Origin: the human T2T-CHM13v2.0 reference genome, Homo sapiens
Assembly (NCBI RefSeq): GCF_009914755.1
Contig: NC_060940.1
Length of the DNA stretch: 64,000 bases
Reading direction: 5' to 3' (one strand)
Below, one piece after another: positions 27,932 to 43,955 of the stretch (its first letter is position 1; the number at the start of each line of letters is the position of its first letter). A model generated the notes under the pieces. The model was not told the origin of the DNA, did not search any database, and was given only the letters and a program-made list of their open reading frames with translations. Made by a program: the position numbers and the translations under genes.

Positions 27932-30900
27932 CTATTCAATGATGTCTCCATTTGATTCCATTCGACCATGATTGCCTTTGATTCCATTCAATGATTCCAT
28001 TCGGTTCCGTTTGATGATGATTCCGTTCGATTCCATTTGATGATTCCATTTGATTCCATTGGATGAGTCCATTCGATTACATTCGATGATTATTCCATTC
28101 GAGTGCATTAGATGATTCCATTCGAGTCCATTCGATGATTCCATTCGATTCCATTCGATGTTGATTCTGTTCAAATCCATTCGATGATTCCACTCGATTC
28201 CATTCGTTGACTCCATTTGATCCCATTCGATGATTTCCTTTGATTCCCTTTGATGATCATTCCATTTGATTCAATTCGGTGATTTCATTTGATTCCATTC
28301 AGTGATGTTTCCATTCGACTCCATTCGATGATGATTCCATTCGACTCCATTCGATTATGATTTCATTCAATTCCATTCGATAATGATTCCCTTCGAGTCC
28401 ATTCGATGATTCCATTCGATTCCATTCAACGATGATTTGATTCGTGTCCATTCGATGATTCCATTTGATTCCACTTGATGATGATTCCATTCGAGTCCAT
28501 TTGATGATTCCATTCAATTCCATACTCCGATGATTTCTTTTGAGCCCACTCAATGCTTCCACTCGATTCCATATGATGATGACTCCATTCGATGAAATTC
28601 GATGATGATTCCATTCGCTTGCTTTCGATGATGATTCCACTTGAGTCCGTTAGAAGATTCTATTCAATTACATTCCATGACGATTCCGTTCGAGTCCATT
28701 TGATGATTCCATTAGACTCCATTCGACGATGATTCCATTCGATGTTATTCGATGATTCCATTCGATCTCATTCGATGATGATTCCATTCAACTCCATTCG
28801 ATGTTTCCATTCGAGTTCATTCTATTATTCCATTAGATTCCATTCGATGATGATTCCATTCGATTCCATTTGATGATTGCATTCTATTTCATTTGATGAT
28901 GATTCCATTCGAGTCCACTCGATGATTCCATTCGAGTCCATTTAATGAATCCATTGGTTTCGATTCTATGATGATTACATTGGATTCCATTCGTTGATGA
29001 TTTCATTCGGTTCCATTCAATGATGATTCCATTCAATTCCTTTCAATGTTTCCATTCAATTCCATACGATGATGATTCCATTTGATTTGATTCGACAGTG
29101 AGCCATTCGATTCAATTCCATGATGATCCTATTTGATTCAATTGGTTGACATTTCCATTCGATTCCATTCGATGATGATTCCCTTTGATTCCGTTCAAAG
29201 ATGATTCCATTCTAGCCCATTCAATCATTCCATTCGATTCTATTCAATGATGATTCCATTCATGTCGATTTGGTGATTCCATTTGACTTCATTTGATGAT
29301 GATTCCTTTCAAGTTCATTAGATGATTCCATTCGATTCCATTTGATGATGATCCCATTCGAGTCCATTCAGTGATTCCATTCGTTTCCATTCCATGATGA
29401 TTCCATTCCTTTCCATTCAATGATTCCATTCGATTCCGTTTGATGATGATTTCATTCGAGTCCATTTGATGATTCCATTTGATTCCATTCGATGATGATT
29501 CCATTCGAGTCCATTCGATGATTCTATTCGAATCCATTTGATGATTTCTTTTGATTATATTTGGTGATGATTCCATTGGAGTCCATTCAATGATTCCATT
29601 CTATTCCAATCGATGATGATTCCATTAGAGTCCATTTAATGATTCCATTTGATTCCAGTCTCTGATGATTACATTCGAGTCCATACGATGATTCCACTCA
29701 ATTCCATATGATGATGATTCCTTTTGATTCCATTCGGTGATTCCATTCTATTCTATTCAATGGTGATTCCATTCGAGTACATTAGATGATTCCATTCGAT
29801 TCCATTCAATGATGATTCTATTTGTGTCCCTTAGATGATTCCACATGATTCCATTAGATGATGATACTATTTGAGCCCATCCAATGATTCCCTTCGATTC
29901 CATTCGATGAGGATTCCATTCGATTCAATTCATTGGTGATTCTATTCAATTCAATTCTTTGATTCCATTCCATTCCATTCGACAATGATTCCATTCGATT
30001 TCTTTCGATGATTCCACTCGATTCCACTTGACATTGATTCCATTCGATTCCATTCAATGATTCCATTTGATTCCAGTGGATGATGATTGCCATCGATTCC
30101 ATTCGATCACTCCATTCTATTCCATTTGATGATGATTACATTCGATTCCATTTGATGATTTCATCTGATTCTATTCGAGGATTCCATTTGATTCCATTCG
30201 ATGATGATTCCATTCGAGTCCATTCGATGATTTCATTCGAGTACATCCAATGATTCCATTCGAGTCCATTAGATGATTCCATTTGATTCCATTTGAAAAT
30301 GATTCTACTAGAGTCCATTCAATGACTCCATTCGAGTCCATTCAACAATTCCATTCGACTCCATTCGATGATTCCATTCGATTCCATTTGATGGTTCCAT
30401 TCGAGTCCATTTAATCATTACAGTCGAGTCCATTTGGTGATTCCACTGGATTTCTTTTGATAATGATACCATTCAATTACATTTGATGATGATCCCATTC
30501 AATTTCATTTGATGATGATTCCATTAGAGTCCATTCGATGATTTCATTCGAGTCCCTTCATTGATTCCATCCGATTTCATTGGATGATGACTCCATTCGA
30601 GTCCATTCGATGATTCCACTCGATTCCATTAGATGACTCCATTGGAGTCCATTTGATTGTTCCATTCGATTCCATTCGATTCCTTTCGAAGATTATTCCA
30701 TTTGAGTCCATTCGATGATGATTCCATTCCATTCCATTCGATGATTCCGTTTGATTCCATTCGATGATTCCCTTCGATTCCTTTCTTTGATGATTCCATT
30801 CCATTCCATTCAATGATTCCATTCGAATCTATTCCATGATGATTCCTTTCGATTCCATTCGCTGATGTTTCCGTTCAATTCCATTCGATGATGATTCCAT

Positions 30901-33900
30901 TCGATTCCATTCATTGAGGATTCCATTTGATTCCATTCAATGATGATTCCATTCTATTCCATTCAATGATTGCATTCAATTCCATTCAATGATTATCCCA
31001 TTAGAGTAAACTCAACGATTCCATTCAATACCATTCAATGATGATTCCTTTTGAGTCCATTCAATGATTTCATTCAAGTCCATTTGATGATTCCTTTCAA
31101 TTCCATTCTATGATGATTCCATTCGAGTCCATTCGATGATTCCATTCGATTGCATTCGATGATTCCATTATATTCCATTCAACGGTGATTCCATTCGAGT
31201 CCATTCCATGATTCCATTAGAGTACATTTAATGATTGCTTTGTTTTCAATTCGAAGATGATTACATTGGATTCCATTCTATGATACCATTCGATTCCATT
31301 CAATGATGATTCCACTCAAATCCATTGGATGATTCCATTCGTGTCCATTCGGTGATATCATTAGATTCCATTCGAGGATGATTCCATTCGACTCCATTCG
31401 ATGATTCCATTCAATTCCATTCGATGATGATTCCATTCCAGTCCATATGATCATTCCATTTGATTTCATTCGATGATGATTCCATTCGATTCCATTCGAT
31501 GATTCCATTCTATTCCATTCGATGATGATTCCATTCGAGTCCATTCGATGATTCCATTCGAGTCCATATAATGATTCCATTGAGTTCAATTCAATGATGA
31601 TTACATTGGATTCCGTTCTATGATTCCATTCAATTCCGTTCATTGACAATTTGATTCCATTCGATGATGATTCCATTTGAGTTCATTCGATGATTCTATT
31701 CGATTCTCTTCGATGGTGATTCAATTCTATTATATTGGATGATTCCATTCGATTCCATTTGATGTTGATTCAATTCGATTCTATTCGATGATGATTCCAT
31801 TGGATTTCACTTGATGATTCTATTCGATTCCATTCAATGATGATTCACTTCTCGTCCATTGGATGATTCCATTTCATTCCATTCGATGATGATTCCATTC
31901 GATTCCATTCGATGATTCCATTTGATTCCATGCGTCGGTGAGCAATTCGATTCAATTCCATGATGATTCTATTTGATTCAATTAGATGATGTTTCCATTG
32001 GAATCCATTCCATGATTATTCCATTGGAATCCATTCGGCGATGATTCCATATGAGTCAATTCAATGATGATTCCATATGGGTCCGTTCGATGATAATTCC
32101 ATTTGATTTCATTCGATGCTTCTATTCTATTCCAGTCGATGATGATTCCGTTGGAGTCCATACGATGATTCCATTTGATTTCATTTGATGATGATTCCAT
32201 TCGATGATGATTACATTGGATTCCATTCTATGATTTCATTCAATTCCATTCGTTGATGATTCGATTCCATTCAATGATGATTCCATTTGAGTTCATTCGA
32301 TGATTCTATTCGATTCCGTTCGATGGTGATTCAATTCTATTATATTGGATGATTCCACTCGATTCCATTTGATGATTATTCCATTGGAGTCCACTTAATG
32401 AATCCTTTAGATTCTACTCGACGATGATTCCATTCGAGTCCATTCGATGATACCATTCAATTCCATTCGTTGATGCTTCCATTCAAGTGCATTCGATGAT
32501 ATCATTCGATTCCATTTGATGATAATTCCATTTGATTCCATGCGATGATTCTATTCGATTCCATTCAATGATAATTCCATTCAATTCAGTGATTCCTCTG
32601 GACTCCATTTGATGATGATTCCATTCAATGATTCCATTCGATTCTATTCGAAAATGATTCCATTTGAATCCATTTGATGATGATTCCATTAGATTCCATT
32701 TGATGATTCCATTCGATTCCATTTGACGATGATTCCATTCGATTCCGTTTGATGATTCCATTCTATTCTATTCGATGATGATTCCATTCGATTCCATTCG
32801 ATGATGATTGGATTCGATTCCATTTGATGATTTCATTTGATTCCATTCGTTAATGATTTCGATCAATTCCATTCGATGATTCCATTCGATTCCATTCGAT
32901 AATGATTACATCCGAGTCCATTCGATGATTCCCTTTGAGCCTGTTCGATAATTCCATTTGAGTCCAACCAATGATTCCATTCATTTCCATTCAATGATTC
33001 CATTCGAGTCCATTTGATCATTCCGGTAGGGTCCATTCGATGTTGATTCCATTGGAGTGCATTCGATGATTCCATTCGAGTCCATTTTATGATTTGATTC
33101 GAGTCCTTTCGATGATTCCATTCGATTCCACTCGATGATGATTTCATTCGAGTCCATTCGACACTTCCAATCGATTCCATTTGATGATTCCATTCGAGTC
33201 CAATTGATGATTCCATTCAATTCCATTCGATGATGATTCCGTACGATTCCATTCTGTGATGATTCCATGTGATTGCATTCAATGATGATTCCTTTCGATT
33301 GCATTCGATTATGATTCATTTCGTGTTCATTCTATGGTTCCACAGGTTTCCATTCGTGTCCATTCCATTATTCCATTCTATTCCATTTGATGATGATTCC
33401 ATTCGATTCCATTCATTGGTGATTCCACTCAATTCCATTCAATGATTCCATTCCATTTCTTTCAACAATGATTCCATTAGTTTCTAATCGATGATCCACT
33501 TGATTCCATTTGACGACGATTCCATTCTTGTCCATTCGATGATTCCATTTGATTCCATATGATGATGATTCCATTCGATTCCATACCATGATGATTCCAT
33601 TCGAGTCCATTCAATGGTGATTCCATTCAATTCCATTCGATGATTCCTTTTGATTCCATTCGATGATGATGGCATTCGATTCCTTTCGATCATTCCCTTT
33701 GATTCCATTCAAAGGTGATTTCATTCAAGTCCATTCGATAATTGCATTCGATTCCATTCTATGATGATTCCATTCGAGTCCATTTGATGATTCCATTCAA
33801 TTCAAGTCAATGATGATTCCATTCGATTCCATTCGATGATTCCATTGGATTCCATTCGATGATGATTCCATTCAAATCCATTCGATAATTCAATTCAAGT

Positions 33901-34043
33901 CCATTCGATGATGATTCCAATCGAATCCATTCAAAGATTCCATTCAGTTCCATTCGATGATTCCCTTAGATTCCATTCGATGATTCCACTTGATTGCATT
34001 TACGATGATTCCATTCGATTCCATGTGATGATTCCATTCAATT
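27932..34043 (+). repeat. Unit U6, full length (6112 bp)
   Basis: Marker spacing 27932->34044. Confidence 0.93.
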
Positions 34044-37000
34044 CTATTCAATGATGTCTCCATTTGATTCCATTCGACCATGATTGCCTTTGATTCCATT
34101 CAATGATTCCATTCGGTTCCGTTTGATGATGATTCCGTTCGATTCCATTTGATGATTCCATTTGATTCCATTGGATGAGTCCATTCGATTACATTCGATG
34201 ATTATTCCATTCGAGTGCATTAGATGATTCCATTCGAGTCCATTCGATGATTCCATTCGATTCCATTCGATGTTGATTCTGTTCAAATCCATTCGATGAT
34301 TCCACTCGATTCCATTCGTTGACTCCATTTGATCCCATTCGATGATTTCCTTTGATTCCCTTTGATGATCATTCCATTTGATTCAATTCGGTGATTTCAT
34401 TTGATTCCATTCAGTGATGTTTCCATTCGACTCCATTCGATGATGATTCCATTCGACTCCATTCGATTATGATTTCATTCAATTCCATTCGATAATGATT
34501 CCCTTCGAGTCCATTCGATGATTCCATTCGATTCCATTCAACGATGATTTGATTCGTGTCCATTCGATGATTCCATTTGATTCCACTTGATGATGATTCC
34601 ATTCGAGTCCATTTGATGATTCCATTCAATTCCATACTCCGATGATTTCTTTTGAGCCCACTCAATGCTTCCACTCGATTCCATATGATGATGACTCCAT
34701 TCGATGAAATTCGATGATGATTCCATTCGCTTGCTTTCGATGATGATTCCACTTGAGTCCGTTAGAAGGTTCTATTCAATTACATTCCATGACGATTCCG
34801 TTCGAGTCCATTTGATGATTCCATTAGACTCCATTCGACGATGATTCCATTCGATGTTATTCGATGATTCCATTCGATCTCATTCGATGATGATTCCATT
34901 CAACTCCATTCGATGTTTCCATTCGAGTTCATTCTATTATTCCATTAGATTCCATTCGATGATGATTCCATTCGATTCCATTTGATGATTGCATTCTATT
35001 TCATTTGATGATGATTCCATTCGAGTCCACTCGATGATTCCATTCGAGTCCATTTAATGAATCCGTTGGTTTCAATTCTATGATGATTACATTGGATTCC
35101 ATTCGTTGATGATTTCATTCGGTTCCATTCAATGATGATTCCATTCAATTCCTTTCAATGTTTCCATTCAATTCCATACGATGATGATTCCATTTGATTT
35201 GATTCGACAGTGAGCCATTCGATTCAATTCCATGATGATTCTATTTGATTCAATTGGTTGACATTTCCATTCGATTCCATTCGATGATGATTCCCTTTGA
35301 TTCCGTTCAAAGATGATTCCATTCTAGCCCATTCAATCATTCCATTCGATTCTATTCAATGATGATTCCATTCATGTCGATTTGGTGATTCCATTTGACT
35401 TCATTTGATGATGATTCCTTTCAAGTTCATTAGATGATTCCATTCGATTCCATTTGATGATGATCCCATTCGAGTCCATTCAGTGATTCCATTCGTTTCC
35501 ATTCCATGATGATTCCATTCCTTTCCATTCAATGATTCCATTCGATTCCGTTTGATGATGATTTCATTCGAGTCCATTTGATGATTCCATTTGATTCCAT
35601 TCGATGATGATTCCATTCGAGTCCATTCGATGATTCTATTCGAATCCATTTGATGATTTCTTTTGATTATATTTGGTGATGATTCCATTGGAGTCCATTC
35701 AATGATTCCATTCTATTCCAATCGATGATGATTCCATTAGAGTCCATTTAATGATTCCATTTGATTCCAGTCTCTGATGATTACATTCGAGTCCATACGA
35801 TGATTCCACTCAATTCCATATGATGATGATTCCATTTGATTCCATTCGGTGATTCCATTCTATTCTATTCAATGGTGATTCCATTCGAGTACATTAGATG
35901 ATTCCATTCGATTCCATTCAATGATGATTCTATTTGTGTCCCTTAGATGATTCCACATGATTCCATTAGATGATGATACTATTTGAGCCCATCCAATGAT
36001 TCCCTTCGATTCCATTCGATGAGGATTCCATTCGATTCAATTCATTGGTGATTCTATTCAATTCAATTCTTTGATTCCATTCCATTCCATTCGACAATGA
36101 TTCCATTCGATTTCTTTCGATGATTCCACTCGATTCCACTTGACATTGATTCCATTCGATTCCATTCAATGATTCCATTTGATTCCAGTGGATGATGATT
36201 GCCATCGATTCCATTCGATCACTCCATTCTATTCCATTTGATGATGATTACATTCGATTCCATTTGATGATTCCATCTGATTCTATTCGAGGATTCCATT
36301 TGATTCCATTCGATGATGATTCCATTCGAGTCCATTCGATGATTTCATTCGAGTACATCCAATGATTCCATTCGAGTCCATTAGATGATTCCATTTGATT
36401 CCATTTGAAAATGATTCTACTAGAGTCCATTCAATGACTCCATTCGAGTCCATTCAACAATTCCATTCGACTCCATTCGATGATTCCATTCGATTCCATT
36501 TGATGGTTCCATTCGAGTCCATTTAATCATTACACTCGAGTCCATTTGGTGATTCCACTGGATTTCCTTTGATAATGATACCATTCAATTTCATTTGATG
36601 ATGATCCCATTCAATTTCATTTGATGATGATTCCATTAGAGTCCATTCGATGATTTCATTCGAGTCCCTTCATTGATTCCATCCGATTTCATTGGATGAT
36701 GACTCCATTCGAGTCCATTCGATGATTCCACTCGATTCCATTAGATGACTCCATTGGAGTCCATTTGATTGTTCCATTCGATTCCATTCGATTCCTTTCG
36801 AAGATTATTCCATTTGAGTCCATTCGATGATGATTCCATTCCATTCCATTCGATGATTCCGTTTGATTCCATTCGATGATTCCCTTCGATTCCTTTCTTT
36901 GATGATTCCATTCCATTCCATTCAATGATTCCATTCGAATCTATTCCATGATGATTCCTTTCGATTCCATTCGCTGATGTTTCCGTTCAATTCCATTCGA

Positions 37001-40000
37001 TGATGATTCCATTCGATTCCATTCATTGAGGATTCCATTTGATTCCATTCAATGATGATTCCATTCTATTCCATTCAATGATTGCATTCAATTCCATTCA
37101 ATGATTATCCCATTAGAGTAAACTCAACGATTCCATTCAATACCATTCGATGATGATTCCTTTTGAGTCCATTCAATGATTTCATTCAAGTCCATTTGAT
37201 GATTCCTTTCAATTCCATTCTCTGATGATTCCATTCGAGTCCATTCGATGATTCCATTCGATTGCATTCGATGATTCCATTATATTCCATTCAACGGTGA
37301 TTCCATTCGAGTCCATTCGATGATTCCATTAGAGTACACTTAATGATTGCTTTGTTTTCAATTCGAAGATGATTACATTGGATTCCATTCTATGATACCA
37401 TTTGATTCCATTCAATGATGATTCCACTCAAATCCATTGGATGATTCCATTCGTGTCCATTCGGTGATTTCATTAGATTCCATTCGAGGATGATTCCATT
37501 CGATTCCATTCGATGATTCCATTCAATTCCATTCGATGATGATTCCATTCCAGTCCATATGATCATTCCATTTGATTTCATTTGATGATGATTCCATTCG
37601 ATTCGATTCGACGATTCCATTCTATTCCATTCGATGATGATTCCATTCGAGTCCATTCGATGATTCCATTCGAGTCCATTTAATGATTCCATTGGGTTCA
37701 ATTCAATGACGATTACATTGGATTCCGTTCTATGATTCCATTCAATTCCGTTCATTGACAATTTGATTCCATTTGATGATGATTCCATTTGAGTTCATTC
37801 GATGATTCTATTCGATTCTCTTCGATGGTGATTCAATTCTATTATATTGGATGATTCCATTCGATTCCATTTGATGTTGATTCAATTCGATTCTATTCGA
37901 TGATGATTCCATTGGATTTCACTTGATGATTCTATTCGATTCCATTCAATGATGATTCACTTCTCGTCCATTGGATGATTCCATTTCATTCCATTCGATG
38001 ATGATTCCATTCGATTCCATTCGATGATTCCATTTGATTCCATGCGACGGTGAGCAATTCGATTCAATTCCATGATGATTCTATTTGATTCAATTAGATG
38101 ATGTTTCCATTCGAATCCATTCCATGATTATTCCATTGGAATCCATTCGGCGATGATTCCATATGAGTCAATTCAATGATGATTCCATATGGGTCAGTTC
38201 GATGATAATTCCATTTGATTTCATTCGATGCTTCTATTCTATTCCAGTCGATGATGATTCCGTTGGAGTCCATACGATGATTCCATTTGATTTCATTTGA
38301 TGATGATTCCATTCGATGATGATTACATTGGATTCCATTCTATGATTCCATTCAATTCCATTCGTTGATGATTCGATTCCATTCAATGATGATTCCATTT
38401 GAGTTCATTCGATGATTCTATTCGATTCCGTTCGATGGTGATTCAATTCTATTATATTGGATGATTCCAGTCGATTCCATTTGATGATTATTCCATTGGA
38501 GTCCACTTAGTGAATCCTTTAGATTCTACTCGACGATGATTCCATTCGAGTCCATTCGATGATACCATTCAATTCCATTCGTTGATGCTTCCATTCAAGT
38601 GCATTCGATGATATCATTCGATTCCATTTGATGATAATTCCATTTGATTCCATGCGATGATTCTATTCGATTCCATTCAATGATAATTCCATTCAATTCA
38701 GTGATTCCTCTGGACTCCATTTGATGATGATTCCATTCAATGATTCCATTCGATTCTATTCGAAAATGATTCCATTTGAATCCATTTGATGATGATTCCA
38801 TTAGATTCCATTTGATGATTCCATTCGATTCCATTCGACGATGATTCCATTCGATTCCGTTTGATGATTCCATTCTATTCTATTCGATGATGATTCCATT
38901 CGATTCCATTCGATGATGATTGGATTCGATTCCATTTGATGATTTCATTTGATTCCATTCGTTAATGATTTCGATCAATTCCATTCGATGATTCCATTCG
39001 ATTCCATTCGATAATGATTACATCCGAGTCCATTCGATGATTCCCTTTGACCCTGTTCGATAATTCCATTTGAGTCCAACCAATGATTCCATTCATTTCC
39101 ATTCAATGATTCCATTCGAGTCCATTTGATCATTCCGGTAGGGTCCATTCGATGTTGATTCCATTGGAGTGCATTCGATGATTCCATTCGAGTCCATTTT
39201 AGGATTTGATTCGAGTCCTTTCGATGATTCCATTCGATTCCACTCGATGATGATTTCATTCGAGTCCATTCGACACTTCCAATCGATTCCATTTGATGAT
39301 TCCATTCGAGTCCAATTGATGATTCCATTCAATTCCATTCGATGATGATTCCGTACGATTCCATTCTGTGATGATTCCATGTGATTGCATTCAATGATGA
39401 TTCCTTTCGATTGCATTCGATTATGATTCATTTCGTGTTCATTCTATGGTTCCACAGGTTTCCATTCGTGTCCATTCCATTATTCCATTCTATTCCATTT
39501 GATGATGATTCCATTCGATTCCATTCATTGGTGATTCCACTCAATTCCATTCAATGATTCCATTCCATTTCTTTCAACAATGATTCCATTAGTTTCTAAT
39601 CGATGATCCACTTGATTCCATTTGACGACGATTCCATTCTTGTCCATTCGATGATTCCATTTGATTCCATATGATGATGATTCCATTCGATTCCATACCA
39701 TGATGATTCCATTCGAGTCCATTCAACGGTGATTCCATTCAATTCCATTCGATGATTCCTTTTGATTCCATTCGATGATGATGGCATTCGATTCCTTTCA
39801 ATCATTCCCTTTGATTCCATTCAAAGGTGATTTCATTCAAGTCCATTCGATAATTGCATTCGATTCCATTCTATGATGATTCCATTCGAGTCCATTTGAT
39901 GATTCCATTCAATTCAAGTCAATGATGATTCCATTCGATTCCATTCGATGATTCCATTGGATTCCATTCGATGATGATTCCATTCAAATCCATTCGATAA

Positions 40001-40155
40001 TTCAATTCAAGTCCATTCGATGATGATTCCAATCGAATCCATTCAAAGATTCCATTCAGTTCCATTCGATGATTCCCTTAGATTCCATTCGATGATTCCA
40101 CTTGATTGCATTTACGATGATTCCATTCGATTCCATGTGATGATTCCATTCAATT
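34044..40155 (+). repeat. Unit U7, full length (6112 bp)
   Basis: Marker spacing 34044->40156. Confidence 0.93.
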
Positions 40156-43100
40156 CTATTCAATGATGTCTCCATTTGATTCCATTCGACCATGATTGCC
40201 TTTGATTCCATTCAATGATTCCATTCGGTTCCGTTTGATGATGATTCCGTTCGATTCCATTTGATGATTCCATTTGATTCCATTGGATGAGTCCATTCGA
40301 TTACATTCGAAGATTATTCCATTCGAGTGCATTAGATGATTCCATTCGAGTCCATTCGATGATTCCATTCGATTCCATTCGATGTTGATTCTGTTCAAAT
40401 CCATTCGATGATTCCACTCGATTCCATTCGTTGACTCCATTTGATCCCATTCGATGATTTCCTTTGATTCCCTTTGATGATCATTCCATTTGATTCAATT
40501 CGGTGATTTCATTTGATTCCATTCAGTGATGTTTCCATTCGACTCCATTCGATGATGATTCCATTCGACTCCATTCGATTATGATTTCATTCAATTCCAT
40601 TCGATAATGATTCCCTTCGAGTCCATTCGATGATTCCATTCGATTCCATTCAACGATGATTTGATTCGTGTCCATTCGATGATTCCATTTGATTCCACTT
40701 GATGATGATTCCATTCGAGTCCATTTGATGATTCCATTCAATTCCATACTCCGATGATTTCTTTTGAGCCCACTCAATGCTTCCACTCGATTCCATATGA
40801 TGATGACTCCATTCGATGAAATTCGATGATGATTCCATTCGCTTGCTTTCGATGATGATTCCACTTGAGTCCGTTAGAAGATTCTATTCAATTACATTCC
40901 ATGACGATTCCGTTCGAGTCCATTTGATGATTCCATTAGACTCCATTCGACGATGATTCCATTCGATGTTATTCGATGATTCCATTCGATCTCATTCGAT
41001 GATGATTCCATTCAACTCCATTCGATGTTTCCATTCGAGTTCATTCTATTATTCCATTAGATTCCATTCGATGATGATTCCATTCGATTCCATTTGATGA
41101 TTGCATTCTATTTCATTTGATGATGATTCCATTCGAGTCCACTCGATGATTCCATTCGAGTCCATTCCATGATTCCATTAGAGTACATTTAATGATTGCT
41201 TTGTTTTCAATTCGAAGATGATTACATTGGATTCCATTCTATGATACCATTCGATTCCATTCAATGATGATTCCACTCAAATCCATTGGATGATTCCATT
41301 CGTGTCCATTCGGTGATTTCATTAGATTCCATTCGAGGATGATTCCATTCGATTCCATTCGATGATTCCATTCAATTCCATTCGATGATGATTCCATTCC
41401 AGTCCATATGATCATTCCATTTGATTTCATTCGATGATGATTCCATTCGATTCCATTCGACGATTCCATTCTATTCCATTCGATGATGATTCCATTCGAG
41501 TCCATTCGATGATTCCATTCGAGTCCATTTAATGATTCCATTGGGTTCAATTCAATGATGATTACATTGGATTCCGTTCTATGATTCCATTCAATTCCGT
41601 TCATTGACAATTTGATTCCATTTGATGATGATTCCATTTGAGTTCATTCGATGATTCTATTCGATTCTCTTCGATGGTGATTCAATTCTATTATATTGGA
41701 TGATTCCATTCGATTCCATTTGATGTTGATTCAATTCGATTCTATTCGATGATGATTCACTTCTCGTCCATTGGATGATTCCATTTCATTCCATTCGATG
41801 ATGATTCCATTCGATTCCATTCGATGATTCCATTTGATTCCATGCGACGGTGAGCAATTCGATTCAATTCCATGATGATTCTATTTGATTCAATTAGATG
41901 ATGTTTCCATTCGAATCCATTCCATGATTATTCCATTGGAATCCATTCGGCGATGATTCCATATGAGTCAATTCAATGATGATTCCATATGGGTCCGTTC
42001 GATGATAATTCCATTTGATTTCATTCGATGCTTCTATTCTATTCCAGTCGATGATGATTCCGTTGGAGTCCATACGATGATTCCATTTGATTTCATTTGA
42101 TGATGATTCCATTCGATGATGATTACATTGGATTCCATTCTATGATTCCATTCAATTCCATTCGTTGATGATTCAATTCCATTCAATGATGATTCCATTT
42201 GAGTTCATTCGATGATTCTATTCGATTCCGTTCGATGGTGATTCAATTCTATTATATTGGATGATTCCAGTCGATTCCATTTGATGATTATTCCATTGGA
42301 GTCCACTTAGTGAATCCTTTAGATTCTACTCGACGATGATTCCATTCGAGTCCATTCGATGATACCATTCAATTCCATTCGTTGATGCTTCCATTCAAGT
42401 GCATTCGATGATATCATTCGATTCCATTTGATGATAATTCCATTTGATTCCATGCGATGATTCTATTTGATTCCATTCAATGATAATTCCATTCAATTCA
42501 GTGATTCCTCTGGACTCCATTTGATGATGATTCCATTCAATGATTCCATTCGATTCTATTCGAAAATGATTCCATTTGAATCCATTTGATGATGATTCCA
42601 TTAGATTCCATTTGATGATTCCATTCGATTCCATTCGACGATGATTCCATTCGATTCCGTTTGATGATTCCATTCTATTCTATTCGATGATGATTCCATT
42701 CGATTCCATTCGATGATGATTGGATTCGATTCCATTTGATGATTTCATTTGATTCCATTCGTTAATGATTTCGATCAATTCCATTCGATGATTCCATTCG
42801 ATTCCATTCGATAATGATTACATCCGAGTCCATTCGATGATTCCATTTGAGCCTGTTCGATAATTCCATTTGAGTCCAACCAATGATTCCATTCATTTCC
42901 ATTCAATGATTCCATTCGAATCCATTTGATCATTCCGGTAGGGTCCATTCGATGTTGATTCCATTGGAGTGCATTCGATGATTCCATTCGAGTCCATTTT
43001 AGGATTTGATTCGAGTCCTTTCGATGATTCCATTCGATTCCACTCGATGATGATTTCATTCGAGTCCATTCGACACTTCCAATCGATTCCATTTGATGAT

Positions 43101-43955
43101 TCCATTCGAGTCCAATTGATGATTCCATTCAATTCCATTCGATGATGATTCCGTACGATTCCATTCTGTGATGATTCCATGTGATTGCATTCAATGATGA
43201 TTCCTTTCGATTGCATTCGATTATGATTCATTTCGTGTTCATTTTATGGTTCCACAGGTTTCCATTCGTGTCCATTCCATTATTCCATTCTATTCCATTT
43301 GATGATGATTCCATTCGATTCCATTCATTGGTGATTCCACTCAATTCCATTCAATGATTCCATTCCATTTCTTTCAACAATGATTCCATTAGTTTCTAAT
43401 CGATGATCCACTTGATTCCATTTGACGACGATTCCATTCTTGTCCATTCGATGATTCCATTTGATTCCATATGATGATGATTCCATTCGATTCCATACCA
43501 TGATGATTCCATTCGAGTCCATTCAATGGTGATTCCATTCAATTCCATTCGATGATTCCTTTCGATTCCATTCGATGATGATGGCATTCGATTCCTTTCA
43601 ATCATTCCCTTTGATTCCATTCAAAGGTGATTTCATTCAAGTCCATTCGATAATTGCATTCGATTCCATTCTATGATGATTCCATTCGAGTCCATTTGAT
43701 GATTCCATTCAATTCAAGTCAATGATGATTCCATTCGATTCCATTCAATGATTCCATTGGATTCCATTCGATGATGATTCCATTCAAATCCATTCGATAA
43801 TTCAATTCAAGTCCATTCGATGATGATTAAAATCGAATCCATTCAAAGATTCCATTCAGTTCCATTCGATGATTCCCTTAGATTCCATTCGATGATTCCA
43901 CTTGATTCCATTTACGATGATTCCATTCTATTCCATGTGATGATTCCCTTCAATT
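40156..43955 (+). repeat. Unit U8, shortened to 3800 bp (2263-bp junction at ~41147-41166 plus 49-bp deletion at ~41750)
   Basis: Marker spacing 40156->43956; 6112-2263-49=3800. Both junctions are visible in the sequence. Confidence 0.92.
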
